From: a virus
Taxonomy: Duplodnaviria > Caudoviricetes
Virus record (IMG/VR): IMGVR_UViG_3300042326_000500
Span: 1 to 29,828 of that record
Direction: 5' to 3' (one strand)
Length of the DNA: 29,828 nucleotides
This document shows, piece by piece, positions 15,723-24,569 of this stretch. The stretch's first letter is position 1. The number at the start of each line of letters is the position of its first letter. Below the pieces are notes generated by a model. It worked only from the letters and a program-made list of their open reading frames with translations, did not search any database and was not told the origin of the DNA. The translations under genes were made by a program, and so were the position numbers.

Positions 15723-16472
15723 ATGGCCTTCCAGATCGTCAACGAATCGACCCTCTCGGCCATCGTGCAAAACGTGGCCGGGATGGTGGCCTACCCCGTC
15801 CCGACTGACCCTGCGGGCTCTGAGGACCCCGCGGTTCAGCAGATGGTTCAGGCGGCCAACATGGCCGGCAATGAGCTGCTGTCGATGTTTGAGTGGCAGG
15901 AGCTGATCAAGAACTATCAGATCCCCATCCAGTCGGACAGCAACGGCCAGAAGGAAAAGGGCTTCGCCCTGCCGCAGGACCTGTACCGCTGGATCGACCA
16001 GACCAACTGGAACGCGACGACGCAGTTCCCCTCGCTGGGCCCGGTGTCGGCGCAAATGTGGCAGCAGCTGCTGATCCGCACGACGCTGCCGACGCTGTCG
16101 TTCTACTGGCAGGTCCGCGACAACAAGATCTACGTGCTGGCGCCGCCCAACTCGCCGCAGACGATGAACGTGTTCTACGTCTCGGCCGGATGGGTGCGCG
16201 ATCAGAACGACCCCGACCTGTACAAAAACCGGATGACGCAGAACGGCGACGTGTCGCTGCTCGACGCCACGGTGATGACCCTGTACACGCGCGTGAAGTG
16301 GCTCGAGATGAAGGGCCTAGACAGCAGCGCCGCGATGCGCGACTTCAACATCGCGTTTGACAACCGCAAGAATTCCGAGAAGGGCGCGCCGGTGCTGACC
16401 ATGGCGCGCGACTTCCGCTTCCCGTACATCCAGCCGCTGATCAATACGCCCGACACGGGCATGGGGGCATAA
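15723..16472 (+). CDS. head-tail adaptor (tail tubular protein A-like)
   Basis: size and position; F.W.EL and LPQDLYRWIDQTNW pattern; GGAGG RBS. Confidence 0.7.
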   Translation: MAFQIVNESTLSAIVQNVAGMVAYPVPTDPAGSEDPAVQQMVQAANMAGNELLSMFEWQELIKNYQIPIQSDSNGQKEKGFALPQDLYRWIDQTNWNATTQFPSLGPVSAQMWQQLLIRTTLPTLSFYWQVRDNKIYVLAPPNSPQTMNVFYVSAGWVRDQNDPDLYKNRMTQNGDVSLLDATVMTLYTRVKWLEMKGLDSSAAMRDFNIAFDNRKNSEKGAPVLTMARDFRFPYIQPLINTPDTGMGA

Positions 16473-16475
16473 GCC

Positions 16476-18089
16476 ATGCCGTTGGTCCCCGTCAGGCCCT
16501 TCAAGACTCCACGAAGGGCGGCCGCCGCACAAACTGCGCAGTCAGTTGTCATTCCGGCGCCGACTGGCGGGCTGAACTACCGCGACCCGATTTCGGCAAT
16601 GCAGCCGAATGATGCGCTTGTCTTGAGCAACATGATCCCGCGTCAGCAGGGCGTGGAGCTGCGCAAGGGCTACCAGGTGCACGCCACCGCGGTCACTGTT
16701 GCCAGCGTGCCGCAGGCCGTCGACTCGGTGTTCTCGTACACCGCGCCAAACCCGGCCCACAACAAGGTGTTCATGGCCGCCAACGGCAACATCTACGACG
16801 TGACGGCCAGCGGCGCGCCAGTGCTTGCAGTAACGGGCACCGGCAGCACCAACGACGACTGGTGGACGACGCAGTTCTCGACGGCCGCAGACACGTTCCT
16901 GTTGGCTGTCTCGCCTGGCGCCGGGTACTGGACCTACAGCACCACCTCCGGCTGGGTCAACCGCACCGGCACCGTGACCGGCATGACGACGGCAGTGCGC
17001 ACGGTCGCCGTGTGGAAGCGCCGCGTGTGGTTTACGTTTGAGGGCAGCCCCAACGTCGGCTACATGGACACCGTGGACGCGATCACGGGCACCGTGACGT
17101 CGTTTCCCATGGGCTCGATCCTGCGCAATGGAGGCTCGGTTTCCGCGCTGTTCAATTGGACGATCGACGCCGGGTTCTCGGTGGATGACTTCCTGATTGC
17201 CGTGGGCACTGAGGGCGACGTGGCCGTGTGGGAGGGCACCGACCCGACAAGCGCGACGACGTTCAACCTGAAGGGCGTTTGGTACGTCGGCCCAGTGCCG
17301 AAATTCGGCAGCTACTTCACCCCGTTCGGCGGCGACGTGATGATCGTCAGCGAGCTCGGCCTGGTGCCGATGTCGCGCCTGATCACCGGGCAGTATTCGC
17401 AGGATGTGCAGGCCGGCGGCCCCGCGTCCAAGATTCAGTCGGTGTTCGCGCCTTTGGTGCGCAAGCTGCGCAACAACCGCTACTTCAACGTGTTCGTGGT
17501 GCCCTCGTCTGAGGTGCTGGTGATTAAGCTGCCAAACGACGGCGGCACGTTCCGGCAGTTCGCCATGAACGTCACCACGGGCGCCTGGTGCGAATTCGTT
17601 GGCATGCCGATGCGCTGCGCGACTGTCATCGGCGGCCAGCTCTATTTCGGCACCGACGATGGTCTGACATGCAAGGGCTTGTTCGGCGACCGTGACGGTG
17701 TGGACACTGTGGGCGCTGGCGGCAACTACGTTGAAGGCGACGTGCAGACGGCGTTCTCGCATTTTGGCACGCCAGCGCAGAACAAGAAGTTCAGCATGGT
17801 GCGGCCGATCTTCATTGCGCTGTCGGCGCCGTCGGTCAAGCTGATCATCAACACGCAGTTTCAGTTGTCGCCGGTGGGCGGTTCGCCGTTCTACCTGGCC
17901 GACGACAGCGGCGTGTGGGGATTAGCAAACTGGAACGTGGCGACATGGGCCGGGCAGAACACCTACCAGGGCTGGGCCGGAACGAACGGCCTGGGCTACT
18001 ACGGCTCATTGCGCATGAAGGTGCGCGGCCTGCCGCAGACGGTGTTCACCAGCTCGCATGTCCTATTTGAAACTGGTGGGGTGATGTGA
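16476..18089 (+). CDS. tail nozzle/stabilization protein (tubular B / P22 gp10-like)
   Basis: 537 aa, beta-rich; IPAPTGGLN N-terminal motif; follows the adaptor gene. Confidence 0.7.
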   Translation: MPLVPVRPFKTPRRAAAAQTAQSVVIPAPTGGLNYRDPISAMQPNDALVLSNMIPRQQGVELRKGYQVHATAVTVASVPQAVDSVFSYTAPNPAHNKVFMAANGNIYDVTASGAPVLAVTGTGSTNDDWWTTQFSTAADTFLLAVSPGAGYWTYSTTSGWVNRTGTVTGMTTAVRTVAVWKRRVWFTFEGSPNVGYMDTVDAITGTVTSFPMGSILRNGGSVSALFNWTIDAGFSVDDFLIAVGTEGDVAVWEGTDPTSATTFNLKGVWYVGPVPKFGSYFTPFGGDVMIVSELGLVPMSRLITGQYSQDVQAGGPASKIQSVFAPLVRKLRNNRYFNVFVVPSSEVLVIKLPNDGGTFRQFAMNVTTGAWCEFVGMPMRCATVIGGQLYFGTDDGLTCKGLFGDRDGVDTVGAGGNYVEGDVQTAFSHFGTPAQNKKFSMVRPIFIALSAPSVKLIINTQFQLSPVGGSPFYLADDSGVWGLANWNVATWAGQNTYQGWAGTNGLGYYGSLRMKVRGLPQTVFTSSHVLFETGGVM

Positions 18090-19075
18090 TGGCAACGACA
18101 CCTGCAGTGCCAACCAACGCGCTGATTGACGCGCTGCGCGGATCGTCAGCGCCTGGGCTGACCAATCCAGGGATTAAGTTCTACGACAACCCGCAGAACG
18201 GAATGGCTTTGGCGCCGTTTGTGCGCCAAAAGTTTGCCGCTCACACCCCTGTCGGGATGGTGCCGGCTGCGCCGCGTCCAGTGATCCCGCCGCCGCTCGC
18301 GCCCGCGCCGGCACCAGCTCCGGCGCCTGCACCCATGGTGCCACCGCCGCCACGGCCTTCGCCCAAGTTGGATGCACTTGTAATGCTTGATGACGCGGTG
18401 ATTTCGGACGTTGATGTGCCGCCTGTGCCGCCGGCAGATCCACCGCCCCCGCCGCCGCCTCCTGAGCCGCCGCCTGAGCCGCCGCCAGAGGTGCCGCCTG
18501 ATCTGCCGCCGGATTTGCCGCCTGACCTGCCACCGGACCCGCCGCCGCCACCTCCTCCTCCGCGTCCGACGCCGCCAACTGTTACGAATAGCGGCACCAA
18601 AACCGACGCGAGCCATTGGGGCGAGGGTGGTGAAAACCTAGTTGCGGGCGACGGCGCCGGCACGTTTGGCGTGCTGCTGTCCGACATGGACGACGACACG
18701 CTGGGCGACGTTGATGACGTCAACGGCTCGGACCTTGCCAGCGACAACTACACGTTTGGCGTCCTCATGGACGACGCTAACGACGCTGGATCGGGGGACG
18801 ACGTCAACGGCGCAGACTTGGCCAGTGACTTGTACAGCTTCGGCGTTCTGATGGACGACGTTGACGATCCCGGCTCATCCGACGACGTCAACGGCTCGGA
18901 CTTGCAGAGCGACCAATACAGCTTTGGCGTGCTGATGTCTGACCAAGACCCCGTGCGCGATGAGATCGTTGACATTAATGCGCTGATCGACGAGCTCGAC
19001 ATGCTCGCGTTTGCCAAGGACGCCGAGCGCAAGTTGCAGGAGAAGTTCGGCGACACGGAGTACGCATACCTATGA
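18089..19075 (+). CDS. Pro-rich, Asp-rich repeat protein of unknown function
   Basis: start and stop overlap both neighbours; polyproline tracts followed by 28-30-aa acidic repeats. Confidence 0.65.
   Translation: MATTPAVPTNALIDALRGSSAPGLTNPGIKFYDNPQNGMALAPFVRQKFAAHTPVGMVPAAPRPVIPPPLAPAPAPAPAPAPMVPPPPRPSPKLDALVMLDDAVISDVDVPPVPPADPPPPPPPPEPPPEPPPEVPPDLPPDLPPDLPPDPPPPPPPPRPTPPTVTNSGTKTDASHWGEGGENLVAGDGAGTFGVLLSDMDDDTLGDVDDVNGSDLASDNYTFGVLMDDANDAGSGDDVNGADLASDLYSFGVLMDDVDDPGSSDDVNGSDLQSDQYSFGVLMSDQDPVRDEIVDINALIDELDMLAFAKDAERKLQEKFGDTEYAYL
18661..18945 (+). repeat. tandem 84-90-nt coding repeats ((T/S)FGVL(M/L)xD...DDVNG(S/A)DL(A/Q)SDxY, about 3.3 copies)
   Basis: unit starts at 18661, 18751, 18835 and 18919. 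Confidence 0.85.
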
Positions 19076-19512
19076 AGCTGGTGACCGACCAACCTGGCGA
19101 GTATCCGGTCGTCTGGGAGTGGATGAACCGGCGCACGCGGCTGCCATGGAGCAGCGACCTGCGCACGATCGCGTCCATGCGAGATGACGGGACGATCGCC
19201 AGCGCGGTCGGTTTCAACGCCTGGACGCTGTCGGCCTGCTGGATTCACGTGGCGTTTGACGGTCCGCATGGGCTGAACAGGCACCTGTGGCGCGCAGCCT
19301 TCGAGTATCCATTCGTAAAATGCGGCATGGAGGCCATCTACGGCTTGACGCCCAAGAACCTCGACGACGCGCTGCGGATGAATGACAAGTTGGGATTCCG
19401 CAGGATCGCTGAGACGGTTGACTGCGTAATGTTTGAAATGCGACACGACGAGTGCCGCTGGATCAAGGAGAACGCTCATGGGCGGCAAGGGATCAGCACC
19501 TCCACCACCTGA
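19072..19512 (+). CDS. GNAT-fold acetyltransferase-like virion-assembly protein
   Basis: AFEYPF...GLTPKNLDDALRMNDKLGF resembles GNAT motif B; lies before the ejection proteins. Confidence 0.7.
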   Translation: MKLVTDQPGEYPVVWEWMNRRTRLPWSSDLRTIASMRDDGTIASAVGFNAWTLSACWIHVAFDGPHGLNRHLWRAAFEYPFVKCGMEAIYGLTPKNLDDALRMNDKLGFRRIAETVDCVMFEMRHDECRWIKENAHGRQGISTSTT

Positions 19513-21283
19513 TTACATCGGTGCGGCTAACACGCAAGCGGCAGCTTCTAAAGAGCTGACCAACATCCAGAACTTTGCCAACCGGCCGACGATCAACACG
19601 CCGTTCGGTTCGCAGTCCTGGCAGACCAGCGCGCAGGTGGATCCGGCGACGGGTCAGACCGTCACGTCGTGGACGCAGAACAACACCTTGGCGCCGGCGC
19701 TGCAGTCTGCGTTGAATGCGCAGATCGGGCTGCAGAACGACCGCTCGCAGCTGGCCGGTAACTTCATGGACCGTGTGGCCAGCGAGTATCAGCGCCCGTT
19801 CGACTACGCCAACCTGCCGCAGATGGCCGAGGCCAACCCGGTGGGCAACCTGCAAACGAACGTGGGCGACTATGCCCGCGGCCTGCAGACGGGGGTCGAC
19901 TCGCGCGCCAACAACGTGGTGAGCGGCTTCAACTTTGCCGGCCCGCAGATGGGCATGTCGCCGATGACCGGCGGCTTGAACTACGGCGTCAGCCAACAAC
20001 CGCTGAACACTGGGTTCAGCGGTATGACGGGTGACCTGACTCGAGGCACCGGCACCGAGTCGCTGCAGCGCTCGCTAGCCACCGGCGACAACCCGGACCT
20101 GCCGCAAATTGACAGCGGCTATCGTGATCGGGTTGCGGATCAGCTCATGCAACGCATGCAGCCGGTGCACAACTATCAGCAGCAGCAGCTTGAGGCGCGC
20201 CTGGCCAATCAGGGCTTTACGGTTGGCAGCGAGGCCTACAACCGTGCGCTGACCGAGTTGCAGCAGCGGCAGGCCAACGAGCGTTTCAACGCGCTCGACC
20301 AGGCTGGAAACGAGGCTCAGCGCTTGTTTGGCATGCAAATGGGCGCTCGGCAGCAGGCGTTTAATGAGGACGTCAGCGGCGGCAACTTCTTCAACCAGGC
20401 CGCGAACCAGGCGTTCAACCAGGGGTTATCTGCAAACCAGTTCGCCAACCAGGCCACGGGGCAGGCGTTCAACCAGGCGATGCAGGCCCAGCAGGCCGGC
20501 AACCAGGCGCTGGGTCAGCAGTTCCAGCAGAACGTCACCAACGCCAACCTGAACAACCAAGCGATCAATCAGGCCTACGGCCAGACGCTGGGCGCGTTCA
20601 ACTTCGGCAACCAGGCGCAGAACCAGGCCTACAACCAGATGATGGGCCAGGCCAACCTCGCCAACCAGGCGGCCGGTCAGGCGTTCAACCAGGACCTGCA
20701 GGCGCGTCAGTTCGGCAACCAGGCCCTGGGCCAGGCGTCCGCGCTCGACGTCGCCCGCATGCAGGCGCAGAACCAGGCTGCCGCGCAGCAGTTTGGCCTC
20801 AACCAGCAGTTCGCCGACTCGCGCAACCGTCTGCGCCAGCAGGCGATCGCCGAGCAGATGCAGCGTCGCGGCATGTCTCTCAACGAGATGAACGCGCTGC
20901 TGTCGGGTCAGCAGGTCAACATGCCCAACATGCCGTCGTTCGCGGCCGCACAGCGTTCAGAGACGCCCAACATCCTGGGCGCCACGCAGATGGGGTACGA
21001 CGCCGCGCTGGGCTCTTACAACGCGCAGCAGGCTGGCTTTGGCAACCTGCTGGGCGCCGGCGCACAGCTCGGCTCGGCCGCGTTCATGTTCTCTGACCGT
21101 CGCCTGAAGTCCAACCTTAAGCGGGTGGGCACGCATGCGACTGGCGTGGGCATTTACGACTACACGATGATGGGAATGCCGCAACGCGGTGTGATTGCGC
21201 AAGAGGTGGAGCGCGTGCGGCCTGACCTGGTCAAGCGCCACGCGAACGGCTACCTGATGGTGAACTACGGAGGCCTGCAATGA
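19478..21283 (+). CDS. Q/N-rich internal virion (ejection) protein with a C-terminal peptidase S74 chaperone domain
   Basis: start MGGKGSAPPPPDY (AAGGAG RBS); NQA(F/Y)NQ repeats; FSDRRLKSN...GVIAQEV...GYLMVNY. Confidence 0.75.
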   Translation: MGGKGSAPPPPDYIGAANTQAAASKELTNIQNFANRPTINTPFGSQSWQTSAQVDPATGQTVTSWTQNNTLAPALQSALNAQIGLQNDRSQLAGNFMDRVASEYQRPFDYANLPQMAEANPVGNLQTNVGDYARGLQTGVDSRANNVVSGFNFAGPQMGMSPMTGGLNYGVSQQPLNTGFSGMTGDLTRGTGTESLQRSLATGDNPDLPQIDSGYRDRVADQLMQRMQPVHNYQQQQLEARLANQGFTVGSEAYNRALTELQQRQANERFNALDQAGNEAQRLFGMQMGARQQAFNEDVSGGNFFNQAANQAFNQGLSANQFANQATGQAFNQAMQAQQAGNQALGQQFQQNVTNANLNNQAINQAYGQTLGAFNFGNQAQNQAYNQMMGQANLANQAAGQAFNQDLQARQFGNQALGQASALDVARMQAQNQAAAQQFGLNQQFADSRNRLRQQAIAEQMQRRGMSLNEMNALLSGQQVNMPNMPSFAAAQRSETPNILGATQMGYDAALGSYNAQQAGFGNLLGAGAQLGSAAFMFSDRRLKSNLKRVGTHATGVGIYDYTMMGMPQRGVIAQEVERVRPDLVKRHANGYLMVNYGGLQ

Positions 21284-21633
21284 ACGACAACCTGATGTTC
21301 GACTACCTGCTGGAGATGGGCGCGATGCGCCCTGAGCAGGATGAACTGCGTCGCCGCCAGGCCATGGTGGACGCGCTGCGCGGCCAAGCCATGACGCCGA
21401 TGCAGGGCCAGATGGTGGGCAAGCACTACGTCGCCCCCGGCATCGCCAACGCGGTTGCCCAGATGGGCACGGCCTACATGGCCGGGCAGCAGCAGAAGGG
21501 CGTGGACACCGCCATGGCGGGCATGAACGCCAAGCAGCGCCAAGCGCTTGAGGAAATGCGCCGCCGGCGTCAGGGCCTGACCGGCAGCGGCGTCATGGAC
21601 TACGGTGACCGCGATCCTCTTGCGGGGTACTGA
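21280..21633 (+). CDS. small internal virion protein (putative)
   Basis: GGAGG RBS; ATGA overlap; G/Q/A/M-rich; in the ejection cluster. Confidence 0.65.
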   Translation: MNDNLMFDYLLEMGAMRPEQDELRRRQAMVDALRGQAMTPMQGQMVGKHYVAPGIANAVAQMGTAYMAGQQQKGVDTAMAGMNAKQRQALEEMRRRRQGLTGSGVMDYGDRDPLAGY

Positions 21634-21635
21634 TC

Positions 21636-22760
21636 ATGGATCCGCTAACTTTTTCCGAGGACGTTGAGCGCCGCAAGCGGGCCATGCTGCCGATGGCCAT
21701 GAGCTCGCTGGTGTCGCCTGGCGGTACGCTGTCCAACAGCGTGCAGCCTGGTCAGGCGCTGCCCATGAGCATGCGCCAGCGGCTGGGCAAGGTGTACAGC
21801 GAGCTCGACAAGATCGAAGGCCAGGAGGTCGACACGTCAGCGCTGCAGGCCTTCGCCAAGCAGCAGGGCCAGGCGGGCGAGCAGGCCATGCTCAACGCGT
21901 TGGCGGCTCAGTACGCCGGCGAGAACTTCCAGCCTGTGCAGGCGCAGTTCCTAAAGCGCGCGGCGGCTGCGTCTGAACCGATGAAGCTCGGCGCCGGCAT
22001 GCTCACGCCCGATGGCCAGTACATCAAGGATCCGTTCGCGTCGCGTGATGCGCGACGCGCATCACTTGAGCGCCAGGCCACCACCATGCAGGGCGCGATT
22101 GATCGGCAGGAGCGGGAGGAGCGCGATCGTCAGGACAGGCTGCGCCAGCAGCAGATCTCCAACGATTTTCGAGAGCAAGGCCTAGCACTGCAAGGCGTGA
22201 TCGCCGGCAACACCAACGAGAACCGCAACTTCACTCGGGCGACCACGCTGCGCAACGAGTACGGCAAGAAGGCCGACAAGATCGGCGAGGGCGTGCGTCA
22301 CGCTGAAACAGTGATGACGCTGTTGACCGATCCCGACATTAAACAGAACCCGACAAAGCAGGTCGCGCTCGTGTTTGCGTTCGGCAAGATGCTGGACCCC
22401 GAGTCGGTGGTGCGCGAGAGCGAATACGCGCTGATTGCCAACGCCCGCGGCGTGTTCCAGGGGCTCATCCAAAAGCCGGATCAGTTGATGACCGGCGCGC
22501 GGCTGACGCCTGAGCAGTTGAGCAGCATGCAAGCGATTGCCGGGCAGCTTTTTGCAGGCGCCGATCAGCGCCGAAACGACTTGGCGGCTGCCTACCGCAG
22601 CATGGCCGAGCGCAACGGCCTGCGCGTGGAGGATGTGCTGCCGATGATGCCGCGTGTTGGCGCCGGCGGCGCTGGTGGTGACGACAAGCTATCGCCCGCC
22701 GAGCGTGCAGAGCTGCGCCGGCTGCGCGAGAGGTTCGGCCAAGGTGCTGGAGGTCAATGA
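21636..22760 (+). CDS. internal virion/ejection protein (putative)
   Basis: helical Q/A-rich; ALVFAFGKMLDPESVVRESE motif typical of podovirus ejection proteins. Confidence 0.65.
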   Translation: MDPLTFSEDVERRKRAMLPMAMSSLVSPGGTLSNSVQPGQALPMSMRQRLGKVYSELDKIEGQEVDTSALQAFAKQQGQAGEQAMLNALAAQYAGENFQPVQAQFLKRAAAASEPMKLGAGMLTPDGQYIKDPFASRDARRASLERQATTMQGAIDRQEREERDRQDRLRQQQISNDFREQGLALQGVIAGNTNENRNFTRATTLRNEYGKKADKIGEGVRHAETVMTLLTDPDIKQNPTKQVALVFAFGKMLDPESVVRESEYALIANARGVFQGLIQKPDQLMTGARLTPEQLSSMQAIAGQLFAGADQRRNDLAAAYRSMAERNGLRVEDVLPMMPRVGAGGAGGDDKLSPAERAELRRLRERFGQGAGGQ

Positions 22761-24556
22761 TGTCTGAGCGTCAAGAACTGGAGCAGCTGCGGCGCCTGGC
22801 CGAGCTCGAGCGCAAGGCTCGCGGGCCTGTGACGGTCGCGCCTGAGCCGGTCTTTGACCCGACGGCCGGCATGTCTACCGGCGACAAGATCCTGGCCAAC
22901 ATTGGCGCTGGCATGGCCGACCTCGGCACAGGCGTCAAGAGTCTCTACACCGACATGTTCGGCAGCGACGCTGAAAAGCGCGCCATGGAGCAGGAAGTCG
23001 CCCGCAAGCGCGAGATCGACAAGCGGCTAGCCGGCACCGTCACCGGCGGCGGCTTGCTGCAGGTGGCTGGTGGAGTCGTGCCGACGCTGGCCATTCCCGG
23101 CATCCCGTTGGCCGCTGGCGCTGGTCGTCTGGCCACGACTGCCGCAGGTGCCGCAACGGGCGCTGGGTACGGTGCCATCGTGCCTCGCGGTGAAGGTGAA
23201 AACCGCACCAACAGCATGATCTTGGGTGGCGCCCTGGGCGGTGCCCTGCCGCTGTCTCTGGCCGCGCTCAAGGGCGCCGCAACGCCCTTCCGCGGTCAGT
23301 CGCGTGCGGCGCAGGAAGTCACCGAGGCCATCGTGCCGCAGGGCGCGACCAGTCCTGAGCGGCGCGCGGTGCTCGAGCAGGCTATGCGGCAAGTGCGCCA
23401 ACAGGCTCCGCAGGCCTCGCAGGCGCCTCGCGGCAGCATTCCCTTGTCGGTGTCGGCCAGGCTGGGCAACCCCGAGCTTGCGCGCCTTGAGGCCGGCAGC
23501 CGGGCCCGCAGCGGTGCCAACTGGTACGACTTTGACCAAAATCAGGCGAGGGCAGTGGCCGATGAGGTCATGGCGGCCACGCGCGGTGCTGACGATCTTG
23601 CAGCACGGCGCGCACTGCGATCGAACAACCGCAGCGTTTTGTACAACCAGGCAATGGGCTCCATCAACGAGCCCGCGTTTGCGCGTGATCTGACATCGTT
23701 CCGGGCCAACCTTGATCAGGCCGCTAGGTCGGCTGAGGCCAGCAACCCGGCCGTGCGCAACATGGTGCAGCAGCTGGCTGACGAGATTGACAGACTCGGC
23801 CCCGACTTCACGCCGGAGCACTTGGCAACAATTCGCGCCAACCTTGCCAAAAAGGCGCCGCTGGTGCCGACCAATGCATACGAGGCCGTGCCGCGGGAGT
23901 CTCCCGCCACCATGAGCGTGCTGCGTGAGGTCGACAACATCCTAAACAGCGCCACCGGCGGCCGTTGGCAGGATGTCGTGGGCAGCTATGCGCGCGACTC
24001 CAATCAAGTGCGGGCATCACAGGCTGCCGGAAAAGTGCGCGAGGCCTTTATTGATCCGGCCACGGGGCGCGTGCGAGGTGTGTCGGCAGACGCAGCTGGC
24101 GACGTCCCCAAGATCACCGAGGCACGCCTCGGGCGCGCGCTTGACGCAGCCCGCGGCCCGCGCAAGGACCTGGTGCTAGACCCGACCGCCAACACGCGGC
24201 TGGAGTCCGTTCTTGATGCCCTGCGCCGGCAGAACATCGTGCAGGGCGTGAAGCGCTCGGCCACGGCGGGCGGCGGCAGTAATACGGCCAGCGACCAGTT
24301 CGCGGCCGGCACCGCGCGCGCCATGGGTGACGTTGCCCTAGACGTCGTTGGCGGCCCGGCGGCGACCGTCGGGCGCGGCTTGCTAAGCGGCCTCCGCAGC
24401 GCGGTTGACGCCCGCAAGGACCGCGCGCTGGCCGAGGCGCTGCAGAACGAACAGGCGTTCATCCAGATGTTGGAAAATCAGGCTGCCAAGGAAGGCAGCG
24501 TGCTTGATCGAAGTGAGGTCGCGCGACTTCTGCGCTATCTCCGAGGCAATCAGTAA
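22757..24556 (+). CDS. large internal virion/ejection protein (putative)
   Basis: Gly/Ala-rich hydrophobic segments (GAATGAGYG, GGALGGALP) and GSNTA motif; precedes the tail fibre gene. Confidence 0.65.
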   Translation: MMSERQELEQLRRLAELERKARGPVTVAPEPVFDPTAGMSTGDKILANIGAGMADLGTGVKSLYTDMFGSDAEKRAMEQEVARKREIDKRLAGTVTGGGLLQVAGGVVPTLAIPGIPLAAGAGRLATTAAGAATGAGYGAIVPRGEGENRTNSMILGGALGGALPLSLAALKGAATPFRGQSRAAQEVTEAIVPQGATSPERRAVLEQAMRQVRQQAPQASQAPRGSIPLSVSARLGNPELARLEAGSRARSGANWYDFDQNQARAVADEVMAATRGADDLAARRALRSNNRSVLYNQAMGSINEPAFARDLTSFRANLDQAARSAEASNPAVRNMVQQLADEIDRLGPDFTPEHLATIRANLAKKAPLVPTNAYEAVPRESPATMSVLREVDNILNSATGGRWQDVVGSYARDSNQVRASQAAGKVREAFIDPATGRVRGVSADAAGDVPKITEARLGRALDAARGPRKDLVLDPTANTRLESVLDALRRQNIVQGVKRSATAGGGSNTASDQFAAGTARAMGDVALDVVGGPAATVGRGLLSGLRSAVDARKDRALAEALQNEQAFIQMLENQAAKEGSVLDRSEVARLLRYLRGNQ

Positions 24557-24569
24557 GAGGAGCGACGAC

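Noticed and set aside
18661-18945. CRISPR-like array
   Set aside because: The repeats are degenerate, in-frame and conserved at protein level, with no unique spacers and no cas genes.
24405-24569. N-terminal extensions in the ORF track (also 1291-1401, 6229-6405, 10180-10302, 19433-19477, 29075-29170)
   Set aside because: They overlap upstream genes or non-coding structure; downstream starts have better RBS and family-typical N-termini.
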